Virus record (IMG/VR): IMGVR_UViG_3300017792_000001
Location: 200,697-264,696 of that record
Strand: one strand, 5' to 3'
Length of the DNA: 64,000 nucleotides
DNA from: a virus
Lineage: Duplodnaviria; Heunggongvirae; Uroviricota; Caudoviricetes
In this document: in pieces, positions 35,887-44,759 of the stretch
Numbering within the stretch: position 1 is the stretch's first letter
Layout: the number at the start of each line of letters is the position of its first letter
Translations under genes and position numbers: made by a program
Notes under the pieces: generated by a model
What the model saw: only the letters and a program-made list of their open reading frames with translations
What the model was told of the DNA's origin: nothing
The model's database searches: none

Positions 35887-38061
35887 ATGAAAATCAAGAA
35901 AGGTAAGGGTCTTCGGGCAAAGGGCGATAACATTTATGACCTTGCGCTCGACGACCCATTTGCGTTTCTGAAGGGTCTGCGCGGCGGTGAGATTGTCACT
36001 GCTGATGGCTTCGACCCTGACGCGATGAACAAAGCCGCTCACCTCATTGGGCACGGCAACTTTGATGAACAGGAGATTGACATTGCCCGGACGATCCGGG
36101 AAGTAGTTGACTCCAAGATCCTCGTACCGCGCGATATGAAGATTGACGACTCGGGTATTCCGGTTGCCAAGAACATTGTCGAGTGGTGCACCAAGGACAA
36201 GTTCTCCATGATCAATGGTGAACGTCCGTATATCGAACAAATCATCTGGGGCATTATCTCGTTCAACGAATGGTGCCCGCGCTGTACAGATGTCGAGTAC
36301 CTGTTTGACACGCACAAGGTTGATGACACCTACCGCAAGCTAGAGCGCAAAGTCGCCATGCTCGAAAACGGTGTCTGCCCGCATTGCAAATGGGGTCGGT
36401 CTAAACTGATCGCCAAGGGCAAGATGAAACTGATCCAGGAGCTGGCAGTCTGTGCTGGTCAGCGTTCTGGTAAGTCGATGTCCATTGCGGGTTACTTCGC
36501 GCCATATCTCACGCACCGTCTGCTCAAGCTCCAGAACCCCAACGCGGTTTACGGACTCAAGACCGGTACGATGCTGCACTGTACGTTCGTTGCGCTGACC
36601 TATGCTCAAGCCAAGGACACACTGTGGCAAAACTTCTACGCCACCCTAACGGAGTCTGCGTGGTTCAAAGAGTATCATTCGATGCTCAACCACTACAGCG
36701 ACAAGTACGGCGAGAAGCTCCTCAAATTCAACGACACCTATGTTGCTTATCCTTGCCGTGGCCTCATGGCTTACCCAGCGGGTCCAGACAAGCGGGTTCT
36801 CCGTGGCCGTACTCGTTACTTCACGGCAGTGGATGAGGTCGGTTACTTCGACAGTAACCGTGATACCAAAAAGGTGAAGGACAACGCCCACGAAGTATGT
36901 GGTGCACTTGACCGTTCGCTGCTGACTGTTCGTGGTGCTGCTGAATCGCTCCTGCGTGATGGTCATGATGACGTGTACCCAGGCTATGCCATGAACGTGT
37001 CGTCACCTTCTCACCGTAACGATATGATCATGACGCTGCTTCGTCGTGCTGAGAACTCGGACACAATGTACGGCGCACACCGCCCTACTTGGGAAGTAAA
37101 CCCGACTCTGCCACGCAATGGTGCCACGATCAAAGAAGCATTCCGTACGGATCCGCTGAACGCTGAGCGAGATTACGGTGCTGTTCCACCGCTGGCCTCC
37201 AACCCGTTCCTCCAGAATCTTTCTGAGATTGAGAACTGCCAAGGGCCGAAGTCGAACCCACTCACGCTGCGTCGCCGTGTGATCAACTCGAAGAAACGTG
37301 GCGAGTCGTTCACCTGGGCTGAGGTCAAGAAGTGCAAGAAGGGTAAGTACCCGACCATGCTCGCACTCGACGCCGGTTACACCAACAACTCCTTCTCTGG
37401 GGCAATTGGTCGGTACGATGACAAGCTCGGTGGTGTGCGAGTCGAATGCCTGTTTGAGGTTATCCCTGAACTCGGCGCTCCGCTCAATCACTCCAAGATT
37501 TTCGATGAACTGATCCTCCCTGTCATGGAAGCACGCAACGTCCGCATCCTGCTTGCTGACCGGTGGAACAGTATCAAGCTGCTGCAAGATGCCAAGCTCC
37601 TGCGTCCAGAATTGGAAGTAGCGGCACAGCACAGCCTGAAGTACAAGGACATCTTCAACATCAAGACGCTGATCCAACAAGGCACTCTGATCGTTCCCGC
37701 GATTGAGCGTGACTCGTTCAAGTCCTGTGTCGAGTTTGATGACGAACATTACCCGATGTGCTTCAACAACCAGCCTGCCTCTCACCTGTTGATGCAGATG
37801 GCAACTGTGAAAGATACAGGGAAGATGATTGATAAAGCGGACGGTTATACCGACGACTTGTTCCGGGCAACCGCTTTGCTCAACTGGGGTCTACATGAGG
37901 AGGAGTACCAAGAACTTCTCTCGATGGCTCCAATGGATATGACAGCAACCCGGCCCATTGCTATCGGTGCTTCGCGTCTCTACTCAGGTGGCGGCGGTGG
38001 TATTGGCGGTGGCAGTCAATCAGTCCCAGTAATCGGCGCCATGCTCGGCGGCCGCAGGTAA
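35887..38061 (+). CDS. Terminase large subunit
   Basis: Walker A AGQRSGKS, Walker B TAVDE, motif III VSSP, RNase H-like ALDAG and DDLF; two CxxC in the N-terminal part. Confidence 0.9.
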   Translation: MKIKKGKGLRAKGDNIYDLALDDPFAFLKGLRGGEIVTADGFDPDAMNKAAHLIGHGNFDEQEIDIARTIREVVDSKILVPRDMKIDDSGIPVAKNIVEWCTKDKFSMINGERPYIEQIIWGIISFNEWCPRCTDVEYLFDTHKVDDTYRKLERKVAMLENGVCPHCKWGRSKLIAKGKMKLIQELAVCAGQRSGKSMSIAGYFAPYLTHRLLKLQNPNAVYGLKTGTMLHCTFVALTYAQAKDTLWQNFYATLTESAWFKEYHSMLNHYSDKYGEKLLKFNDTYVAYPCRGLMAYPAGPDKRVLRGRTRYFTAVDEVGYFDSNRDTKKVKDNAHEVCGALDRSLLTVRGAAESLLRDGHDDVYPGYAMNVSSPSHRNDMIMTLLRRAENSDTMYGAHRPTWEVNPTLPRNGATIKEAFRTDPLNAERDYGAVPPLASNPFLQNLSEIENCQGPKSNPLTLRRRVINSKKRGESFTWAEVKKCKKGKYPTMLALDAGYTNNSFSGAIGRYDDKLGGVRVECLFEVIPELGAPLNHSKIFDELILPVMEARNVRILLADRWNSIKLLQDAKLLRPELEVAAQHSLKYKDIFNIKTLIQQGTLIVPAIERDSFKSCVEFDDEHYPMCFNNQPASHLLMQMATVKDTGKMIDKADGYTDDLFRATALLNWGLHEEEYQELLSMAPMDMTATRPIAIGASRLYSGGGGGIGGGSQSVPVIGAMLGGRR

Positions 38062-38067
38062 GAGACC

Positions 38068-38613
38068 ATGATCGACATTTCCAAGTATAAGTGGTTTGTG
38101 TACGGCGGTCGCGACATCACCCTCGTCACAGACCATCCGGAGTTCGACCTGCAAATGGTCAAGGACTCCAAGTTCGGGTATCGCAAGATCGGCGCGAATC
38201 ATTACATCGTCAGCCGGAAGATCCTCGACATCCGTTTCAAGGTTAAAGAGAAAGACGCCACGCGCATCATCACTAACTCTGTCGGTTGGAAAGGTACGAT
38301 CCGTGGCACCAAGGTAGAAGCAGGCATTGGCGGTAAGCAGAAGCCTGTGAAAGCCCATCCGGGTGATTCAAACTTCCCGGACCCGAACGACAAGAACACC
38401 TACATTCTGGACATCGACTCCTCCAATCTCAAACGAGCTTGGCTGGATAAGAAGGCCAAAGAACTCCATGTGATCTTTCACAGCGATGTTCACTGGCTAT
38501 ACGAAGATGTGTCACTTGCACAGGCGAAGCAGATGGAGAGCGCCCCTTCACAGGGGCAATACTTCCATTACCGCATCCGCAATGTGAAAAAACAACGCAA
38601 GATCAGCGGTTGA
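38068..38613 (+). CDS. KTSC-domain protein with an extra N-terminal domain
   Basis: IDSSNL...ELHVIFHS..WLYEDVS....MESAPSQGQYFHYRIR. Confidence 0.8.
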   Translation: MIDISKYKWFVYGGRDITLVTDHPEFDLQMVKDSKFGYRKIGANHYIVSRKILDIRFKVKEKDATRIITNSVGWKGTIRGTKVEAGIGGKQKPVKAHPGDSNFPDPNDKNTYILDIDSSNLKRAWLDKKAKELHVIFHSDVHWLYEDVSLAQAKQMESAPSQGQYFHYRIRNVKKQRKISG

Positions 38614-38622
38614 GGTTCAAAG

Positions 38623-40509
38623 ATGCGAATTAAACGCCGCCCTACTTACACGCATATGGGGAATCCCTCGCCAGGTGGTACAGTCGCCGGCGAGCGTGAC
38701 CTCGGCACCCACAACGCGCAGAAGCGTGAAGATCGTGGGCGCTCCGGGAAGATGGAAGCAACTGCCGGTGCAGCTACTGGCATGCGTAACACTAGCGTCA
38801 ACAACCTGCCGGTCGAGATTGACATTGATCCGTTGCTCAAGGGCATCGTCTTCTCTGAGGATCTTGAGCAGAAGAAACTGGTAATGCGGATCTACAAGGA
38901 CATTTACTACAACGACCCGATCGGTGGTTCGTGCGTAGACTTGACCTCGACGCTCCCGTTCTCCGACTTCAACATCGGCGGTGTGCAGAACAGCAAGGTA
39001 TCGGACACGTTCAACGAGGTGATCGAACGCCTGAACATCCGTACTCTCCTGCCTGAGTTGTCTATCGACCACCAAGTTACCGGTGCGTTCGTGGGCAACA
39101 TGCTGTACAACCCGCAGAAGAATACCTTCGTTGACCTGATCTGCCATCAGTACGAGAACTGCAAGGTCGATCCACTGCCGTTCTACTCGCAGGACCCGAT
39201 GATCACCGTCGCGTTCCCCGAGTCGCACAAGACCATTCTGTCGTCCGATAGTCCGCGTATCAAGAAGCTGCGCGAGTACCTGGGCCCAGAAGTCGTCAAG
39301 CAAATCAGTAACGATGCACTGGAGCTGGATCCGCTTTCGACGATCTACATCCCGCGCAAATCGTTCACGCACTCGACTGGTGTGTCGTACTACCGCCGCA
39401 TCCTGCCGATCTGGTTGCTTGAGAAGAACCTGTTCCGCGGTACGCTCGTTGAGTCTGCGCGTCGTCAACGTGGTATCCTCCACCTGACTCTGGGTGACGG
39501 CGACCAGTGGGAACCAACACTCGCTGATATGAACATGGCGATGGAGTTGTTCCAGAATGCTGACGCTGACCCACTGGGTGCAGTGATCGCAACGCGCATG
39601 GGTATCGCTTCTGAGGAGATCCGCCAAGGTGGTGACTTCTGGAAGGTAACCGATATCTGGGACCAGACCATGGCGATGAAGCTGCGCGCCCTTGGTATCA
39701 GTGAGTCGTTCCTCTCCGGTGAAGCGACGTACTCGAACCAAGACACAAGCCTGACCGTGTTCACCGAAGCGCTGCGTGCGTATCGTGACACCATCACCAC
39801 GAAGCTGTTCTACAACAAGATTTTCCCGCTGGTATCTGCGCTGCACGGTTACACGGTCAACAATGCTGGCAAGCTGTCGATCAAAGGCAACATGCTCGAC
39901 AAGTTTGACACCATGAGCAACCACGAGATTCTGCAAGATGGTTCGCGTCTGCTGATCCCGTCTGTTCACTGGGCCAAGCAACTCAAACCAGAAGGCGACC
40001 AAGCGTATCTCGATATGCTCCAGAACCTCACAGAAAAGGGCGTGCCTGTTCCTCTGCGAGCAATGGCTGCAGCCGGTGGATTCAACCTCGACAGTTTGCT
40101 CGCGGACCAAGAGGACGACTTCGAACTCCTCAAACGTATCGGCAGATACCAGAAGAAGCTGGGCGAAGTGAAGAAGGAATTCTTCCCAGAAGCCGCAGAC
40201 AGCGACATCGAAGCTACTGCTCGCAGCCAAGCGCTGCAAGGCCTGATGTTCGACAACTTCATGGCAGGTGGTCGTTCTACGATTCTCAACCAAGGCAACG
40301 GTCGTATTCCTGCTCTCGCCATGCGTGACTTCGGTGAAGCATCCGAGGTTGCAGGTGAGACGCACGATGGCAAGCGTCGTTGGTTGCCGAACCAGAAGCT
40401 GGCTAACGAACGGGTTAACCGCAAGATTGCCAAGCAGTTGGCGGGTATTGTGAAAATGAACAATACACCACTGACTCGCATGACCATGTCGAAGCGCATG
40501 GACGTGTAA
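38623..40509 (+). CDS. Portal protein
   Basis: 628 aa two genes after the terminase; portal-like features (IYKDIYYNDPIGGSCVD, GVSYYRRI, LRALGISESFLSGEATYS). Confidence 0.75.
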   Translation: MRIKRRPTYTHMGNPSPGGTVAGERDLGTHNAQKREDRGRSGKMEATAGAATGMRNTSVNNLPVEIDIDPLLKGIVFSEDLEQKKLVMRIYKDIYYNDPIGGSCVDLTSTLPFSDFNIGGVQNSKVSDTFNEVIERLNIRTLLPELSIDHQVTGAFVGNMLYNPQKNTFVDLICHQYENCKVDPLPFYSQDPMITVAFPESHKTILSSDSPRIKKLREYLGPEVVKQISNDALELDPLSTIYIPRKSFTHSTGVSYYRRILPIWLLEKNLFRGTLVESARRQRGILHLTLGDGDQWEPTLADMNMAMELFQNADADPLGAVIATRMGIASEEIRQGGDFWKVTDIWDQTMAMKLRALGISESFLSGEATYSNQDTSLTVFTEALRAYRDTITTKLFYNKIFPLVSALHGYTVNNAGKLSIKGNMLDKFDTMSNHEILQDGSRLLIPSVHWAKQLKPEGDQAYLDMLQNLTEKGVPVPLRAMAAAGGFNLDSLLADQEDDFELLKRIGRYQKKLGEVKKEFFPEAADSDIEATARSQALQGLMFDNFMAGGRSTILNQGNGRIPALAMRDFGEASEVAGETHDGKRRWLPNQKLANERVNRKIAKQLAGIVKMNNTPLTRMTMSKRMDV

Positions 40510-40513
40510 ACGG

Positions 40514-40520
40514 TAATTTA
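40514..40520 (+). promoter_or_regulatory. TAATTTA candidate late promoter, preceded by GTGTAAA
   Basis: Lies 5 nt before the structured non-coding element. Confidence 0.55.
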
Positions 40521-40525
40521 TCGGC

Positions 40526-40622
40526 ATCAGACACACGCAGATTAACTAAGGGCTGGTGGATTGCTGCGAGCTTCCACCAATACCTGGCGGTTACTCCTTT
40601 CTCCGTTCTGCGTGTGTTTGAT
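40526..40622 (+). ncRNA. Putative structured non-coding RNA
   Basis: 16-bp closing stem 40526-41/40607-22 (one G-U pair), inner stem 40554-60/40573-79, no convincing + strand ORF, flanked by a promoter motif and a terminator. Confidence 0.6.
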
Positions 40623-40637
40623 AACTCCTCATCTTCA

Positions 40638-40671
40638 AGGGCTAGCGCGACGGCGTTTAGCCCTATTTTTT
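40638..40671 (+). terminator. Intrinsic terminator
   Basis: agggctagcgc-gacg-gcgtttagccct followed by atttttt. Confidence 0.8.
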
Positions 40672-40714
40672 GGTCTCCAGAACTGTAAATTCTGAGAAAG
40701 ACAGGAGTACGTCT

Positions 40715-41023
40715 ATGCTCAACGAACGTCCCCACATGCGCGTCAACCTCACCAATGAAGAACTGGCAGAAGTGCGTGTGCTGATCGACTCAAAGCGATA
40801 CCAGAATGGAGACACCAGCCACCTCGCTGCCAAGTTGAAAGAACTGGCGAAGAAGAACGGTGGCAACTTCGATTACCGCATGGCGTTGCTCGGTGTCATC
40901 ACCGACTTGAATGTGATCGACACGCAGGTTAAGCACGTCAAGTTTGATCTGACGGTTAATCTCACCGATCTACCGACTTCTACCAAAGTAAAGGAGCACT
41001 TCTTTGGCGACCGTAAAGTTTAA
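40715..41023 (+). CDS. Hypothetical protein
   Basis: AGGAG RBS; ACTGTAAA at 40682. Confidence 0.65.
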   Translation: MLNERPHMRVNLTNEELAEVRVLIDSKRYQNGDTSHLAAKLKELAKKNGGNFDYRMALLGVITDLNVIDTQVKHVKFDLTVNLTDLPTSTKVKEHFFGDRKV

Positions 41024-41540
41024 CTCCAAAATTCCCGAGTACGCATTCCTGTCTGCGTTCTATCCCGGTCCGTTCATCGCGCCGTTGGGAAAGAAGATGG
41101 TGCTGTTCCCGCATCGTGAAGCCTACTATCAGGCGCACAAGACGAAGGACCAAGAGCAGGTGGCGAAGATCGTCAACTCGCTTGAAGGCAGTCGTGCGAA
41201 GTATTTCGGTAGTGCCAAGGGCGGTGCTCGCATCATCGACGGGTTCGACAAGAAACGCAAGGACATCATGCGTGAAGCGATCCGCTACCAGATGACCCAG
41301 AACCCGTTGATCCGTGCCTTGCTGCATTCGACTGGCTCGGCGAAGATCAAAGAAGAGGCGTACTGGGACGACTACTTCGGCACCGGGCGCGACGGTAAAG
41401 GCAAGAACGTTCACGGCAAGCTGCTGGTTGAGTACCGCGACGAAGGTATCCCAGAAGACGAACAGGAGAAGTACAAGCCGAAGGCCAAGTACAAAACACT
41501 CCACTTCTATCCAATAATCAAGGCAGAGCGCAATGACTAA
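41004..41540 (+). CDS. NADAR-family (YbiA / DarG1 / T4 gp30.3-like) hydrolase
   Basis: FLSAFY, EAYYQAHK, QNPLIRALLHSTG, EEAYWDDYFG, GKNVHGKLL; TTG start after AAGGAG. Confidence 0.85.
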   Translation: MATVKFNSKIPEYAFLSAFYPGPFIAPLGKKMVLFPHREAYYQAHKTKDQEQVAKIVNSLEGSRAKYFGSAKGGARIIDGFDKKRKDIMREAIRYQMTQNPLIRALLHSTGSAKIKEEAYWDDYFGTGRDGKGKNVHGKLLVEYRDEGIPEDEQEKYKPKAKYKTLHFYPIIKAERND

Positions 41541-41970
41541 GAAGACTCAAGTGGCAACCACCGATAGTCCGAAGCTGTACCCTCAGACTCCGGCGCTGCT
41601 GCAATCCGCAGAGTTCGACGACATGCACTTCACCGACATGGTAGTGCTGGACGAACAAGTGCTCAAGGACAAGTGCTCGCTGCTCGCCACGACTGCGCAT
41701 GCCGAATACTTCATCGGTAGTACCTTCGCCGCAAGCAGTCTCGCACCCGGCCAGTTGATTGATCTGGAAATCAGCGTCGTCAAGGAAGCCAAGACACTCG
41801 CAGGTGAAGGCAAGCACCGTGTGAGCCTGTCGAGCGTAGGCACTCAATACGCCGTGCTGCAAAGTTACGTCACTGCTGGACTGTGCGCCCAGAAGTTCAT
41901 GCAGAACAAAATCACCTGGGCTGAATACAAACGCGCTCTCACAGAGCTGGTTGAAGGAGACATTGTATGA
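41533..41970 (+). CDS. Hypothetical protein
   Basis: 145 aa ORF overlapping neighbours. Confidence 0.6.
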   Translation: MTKKTQVATTDSPKLYPQTPALLQSAEFDDMHFTDMVVLDEQVLKDKCSLLATTAHAEYFIGSTFAASSLAPGQLIDLEISVVKEAKTLAGEGKHRVSLSSVGTQYAVLQSYVTAGLCAQKFMQNKITWAEYKRALTELVEGDIV

Positions 41971-42311
41971 CACCGATCACTCAATGGCATGACTACATCG
42001 ACGAGGAGAAGTTGGCTTGGTTGAAGCACAACGTCCTCAAGCGTGAACTTGCGGTAGCAGACGACCACGTACCAGATCATTACGACCTGACGTTCGTGGC
42101 GAAGTGCGAGCAAGCCCTCACCCGCGACCAGCGCGACCAGTACATCAAGTACATGAACAGCGCCATTGCTCAAGTGACCTATGAAGGCCTGAGCGACGAG
42201 GAGCAACAGTCGGAAGCGACTGCCGACAAGTTCTACTGGAACTACCTGACAGCCGCCCACGACCTCCGCGCACAGTGCATCTGGAACGTGGTAATGGACT
42301 ACGCGCCTTAA
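41967..42311 (+). CDS. Hypothetical protein
   Basis: AAGGAG RBS. Confidence 0.65.
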   Translation: MTPITQWHDYIDEEKLAWLKHNVLKRELAVADDHVPDHYDLTFVAKCEQALTRDQRDQYIKYMNSAIAQVTYEGLSDEEQQSEATADKFYWNYLTAAHDLRAQCIWNVVMDYAP

Positions 42312-42364
42312 TACGGCGGTCTGCCAAGTAATTTCTCCTCATTGGCCCGGTAGGAGAAAGAGCT

Positions 42365-43000
42365 ATGCAGGTTAGAGTGATCCAAGAACCTATAAGTCCG
42401 GCCGACCTATACCAACCATGTGACATTCTGGTACTGCCAGTATTCATTCGCTCGGATATGTATGAGTCCGTAGCCTTTGACTGTCAGTACCGTCGTCAGG
42501 TGGTTTTTGATTATCTCAAGTCACGCAATGTGACGTTTATAGGCTTGCCGGACAACGTTGCTGTCCTGTTTCTCAGTGTGAGTGGCAAGCACCGAAAGAA
42601 GCAGATCCTTAAACACACCTTGAAGTTGTACCGTGCTGCTGTACGGGATGACTACGAGGACTTTGATGTAAGCCTCAAAGGACTGCGGAATATTTACGTG
42701 ACGTCCGCATCCGATGAACCACCGTCTGAATATCTGCTGATGCCCAAGTCTCAGCACGCACTGATCATTCATTCTGGTGACCCGCAACTTGATCGCGCAT
42801 TCCGTGCAATGATCAGGGCGGGAGAATTCGAGAAGTATACGGCAGAGACGCTTGCCCATCCAACGGTACGCTCCGCATTCTGCCGTACACTGCACAAGAT
42901 CGGACTTGAGAAAGGGTTCGATCTGGAAGTAATCAACTTAATCAGGCATCGCCGCAAAGTCTTCGTGACCTGCGACGTTATGGAACTGGAAGCCTCATGA
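42365..43000 (+). CDS. Hypothetical (late) protein
   Basis: AGGAG RBS; TAATTTC at 42329. Confidence 0.65.
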   Translation: MQVRVIQEPISPADLYQPCDILVLPVFIRSDMYESVAFDCQYRRQVVFDYLKSRNVTFIGLPDNVAVLFLSVSGKHRKKQILKHTLKLYRAAVRDDYEDFDVSLKGLRNIYVTSASDEPPSEYLLMPKSQHALIIHSGDPQLDRAFRAMIRAGEFEKYTAETLAHPTVRSAFCRTLHKIGLEKGFDLEVINLIRHRRKVFVTCDVMELEAS

Positions 43001-43209
43001 GCGCAGAAACCGCACACGTCATTGCAGAGAAGACACGCTATACAGCCAATCTCGTTGCGCAAGGTCAGTTCAGTCTGGCTACTGCGCAATTGGTTGAGTT
43101 GGCTCGCGCCGATGACGCCCTCTACCAAGCAGTTCTCAAGAACCTCGAAGACTACGTGTTCAAAGGCGACCTTGACGACCTGATTGCTACAGTCGATATG
43201 GTGAAGTAA
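42997..43209 (+). CDS. Small hypothetical protein
   Basis: ATGA overlap. Confidence 0.55.
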   Translation: MSAETAHVIAEKTRYTANLVAQGQFSLATAQLVELARADDALYQAVLKNLEDYVFKGDLDDLIATVDMVK

Positions 43210-44019
43210 ATGGCAGGCGGCCCAATCAACATTACCCGGTTCATGTCCTCTCAGGGCTTGGACCAAAAGATGACCTACGAGGCTCACGTTGTCAACAATA
43301 ATGACCCGCGAAAACTGGGACGCATTCAAGCGCGCATTGATGGTATTTTTGATGGCATCCCTGATGATCATCTGCCTTGGTGTGTCCCTATGTATCATCA
43401 CGCTGACGGTGCTTATAACCCAGGCGGTGATGCCCTTGATCGAGCTGGCTCGTTCATGGTACCGAAGAACAAGCATAAAGTCGGCCTTCGTTTCCCGACT
43501 GGAGACCCTCATCGTTGCGTGTGGGGACCTTACACGGTCGATGATCAAGTAGCGCTACCAGAGAAGAACAAGAACTATCCCGATCGGGCCGTGTTCAAGT
43601 TCAGCAACGGCACGTACTGCATCCTCGATACCAAGACCAACGAAATCTTCTTCAACAACCCCGGCGACATGGACATCACGATCCTCGGGGACGTGAACCA
43701 GTACATCGTTGGCAACCAGCAATTGGTAGTGAGTGACCGCAAAGGTCTGATCCCTTCCTATCTACTGAATGCACCGGACACTGTGCTCGGTCGTCTCAGT
43801 CCCAAGCCTGCGAAAGAGATTCCGTTTCTGGGACTTCTTGGGCCTGCTGTTCGAGGCAATCGACACATCCACGTTACTGGCGACCAAACGATGCAGGTCG
43901 ACGGCAACCGCAAGACCGTGATCGCAGGGCAAGACCTGTTGATCGTGGGTAAGAATCGCATCGAGAAGATCAAGCAAATTCACCGGATTGAATGCGCTCG
44001 TTCTGAAACCAACGGTTGA
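43210..44019 (+). CDS. Baseplate central spike (T4 gp5 / gpV / VgrG OB-fold + beta-helix repeats)
   Basis: VVNNNDPRKLGRIQARI..LPW; V.G[ND] repeats near the C-terminus. Confidence 0.85.
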   Translation: MAGGPINITRFMSSQGLDQKMTYEAHVVNNNDPRKLGRIQARIDGIFDGIPDDHLPWCVPMYHHADGAYNPGGDALDRAGSFMVPKNKHKVGLRFPTGDPHRCVWGPYTVDDQVALPEKNKNYPDRAVFKFSNGTYCILDTKTNEIFFNNPGDMDITILGDVNQYIVGNQQLVVSDRKGLIPSYLLNAPDTVLGRLSPKPAKEIPFLGLLGPAVRGNRHIHVTGDQTMQVDGNRKTVIAGQDLLIVGKNRIEKIKQIHRIECARSETNG

Positions 44020-44028
44020 GGAAATAAC

Positions 44029-44400
44029 ATGGAAGCCAAAGACGTACCTGGTGCTCGTAAGTACCATGCCATCCTGTTTAAACAGGGTGAACCAATTGAA
44101 GTGCATCACATGACGATGGAGCCGACGGTCGAACAAAGCCGTACCCGTGCTGTGTCGTCGATGAACTGGTTCAATGACCGTGAAGCCAAGCTGCTGTACG
44201 AAAAAGGTGTGCAGCCGTTTCACACGAACATCAAGATGCAGCAGGACTGGGACTTCCATGTGAAGTTTGAGCGCCGTGCATTTGAACCAGATCCAGCACC
44301 TGTCGATTCATTGCCGCAGTTCACGCACGCCTCGATCTGGGATTTCTACAAGGCCATCGGTTACGACTACAAGGCCAAACGCTATGTGAGGTCGGAATGA
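44029..44400 (+). CDS. Hypothetical protein, paralog family member 1
   Basis: HASIWDFYKAIGYDYKAKRY. Confidence 0.7.
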   Translation: MEAKDVPGARKYHAILFKQGEPIEVHHMTMEPTVEQSRTRAVSSMNWFNDREAKLLYEKGVQPFHTNIKMQQDWDFHVKFERRAFEPDPAPVDSLPQFTHASIWDFYKAIGYDYKAKRYVRSE

Positions 44401-44759
44401 ACGATAATCCACTTCACTACGTTATGTTCTGGAAAGACTCCGACAAGATCGCGGTGCACAAGTTTACGCTTGAGCCCAAGCCGGAAGACAACAGGTACCG
44501 AGCGCAACGCAGCTACAACGCCACGCGTGACCGTGAAATGCAGAAGCTGCGCGACGGTAAAGAGTTTCGGTTCCGCATGCACTTGGTAGAAGCACATCAG
44601 TTTGCAACGGGCCAACGTTTCGAGGAGATTCTCGGCGCTCAAGACGCTGAGTTCGTACCTACCAGTTCGTTGCCTGTCTTTGAACATGCCTCTATCTGGG
44701 ATATGTACAAGGCAGTTGGCTACGACTACAAGAAGAAACGTTACGTGAGGACAGACTGA
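44397..44759 (+). CDS. Hypothetical protein, paralog family member 2
   Basis: HASIWDMYKAVGYDYKKKRY. Confidence 0.7.
   Translation: MNDNPLHYVMFWKDSDKIAVHKFTLEPKPEDNRYRAQRSYNATRDREMQKLRDGKEFRFRMHLVEAHQFATGQRFEEILGAQDAEFVPTSSLPVFEHASIWDMYKAVGYDYKKKRYVRTD

Noticed and set aside
35887-38061. Intein in the long terminase (or in RecA/DnaB)
   Set aside because: No C-terminal HN-[CST] splice junction or LAGLIDADG block seen; extra length is explained by N-terminal and Zn-finger insertions
40526-40622. tRNA or known Rfam RNA
   Set aside because: No cloverleaf, T-loop GTTC motif or CCA end in the right context; kept only as an unknown ncRNA candidate
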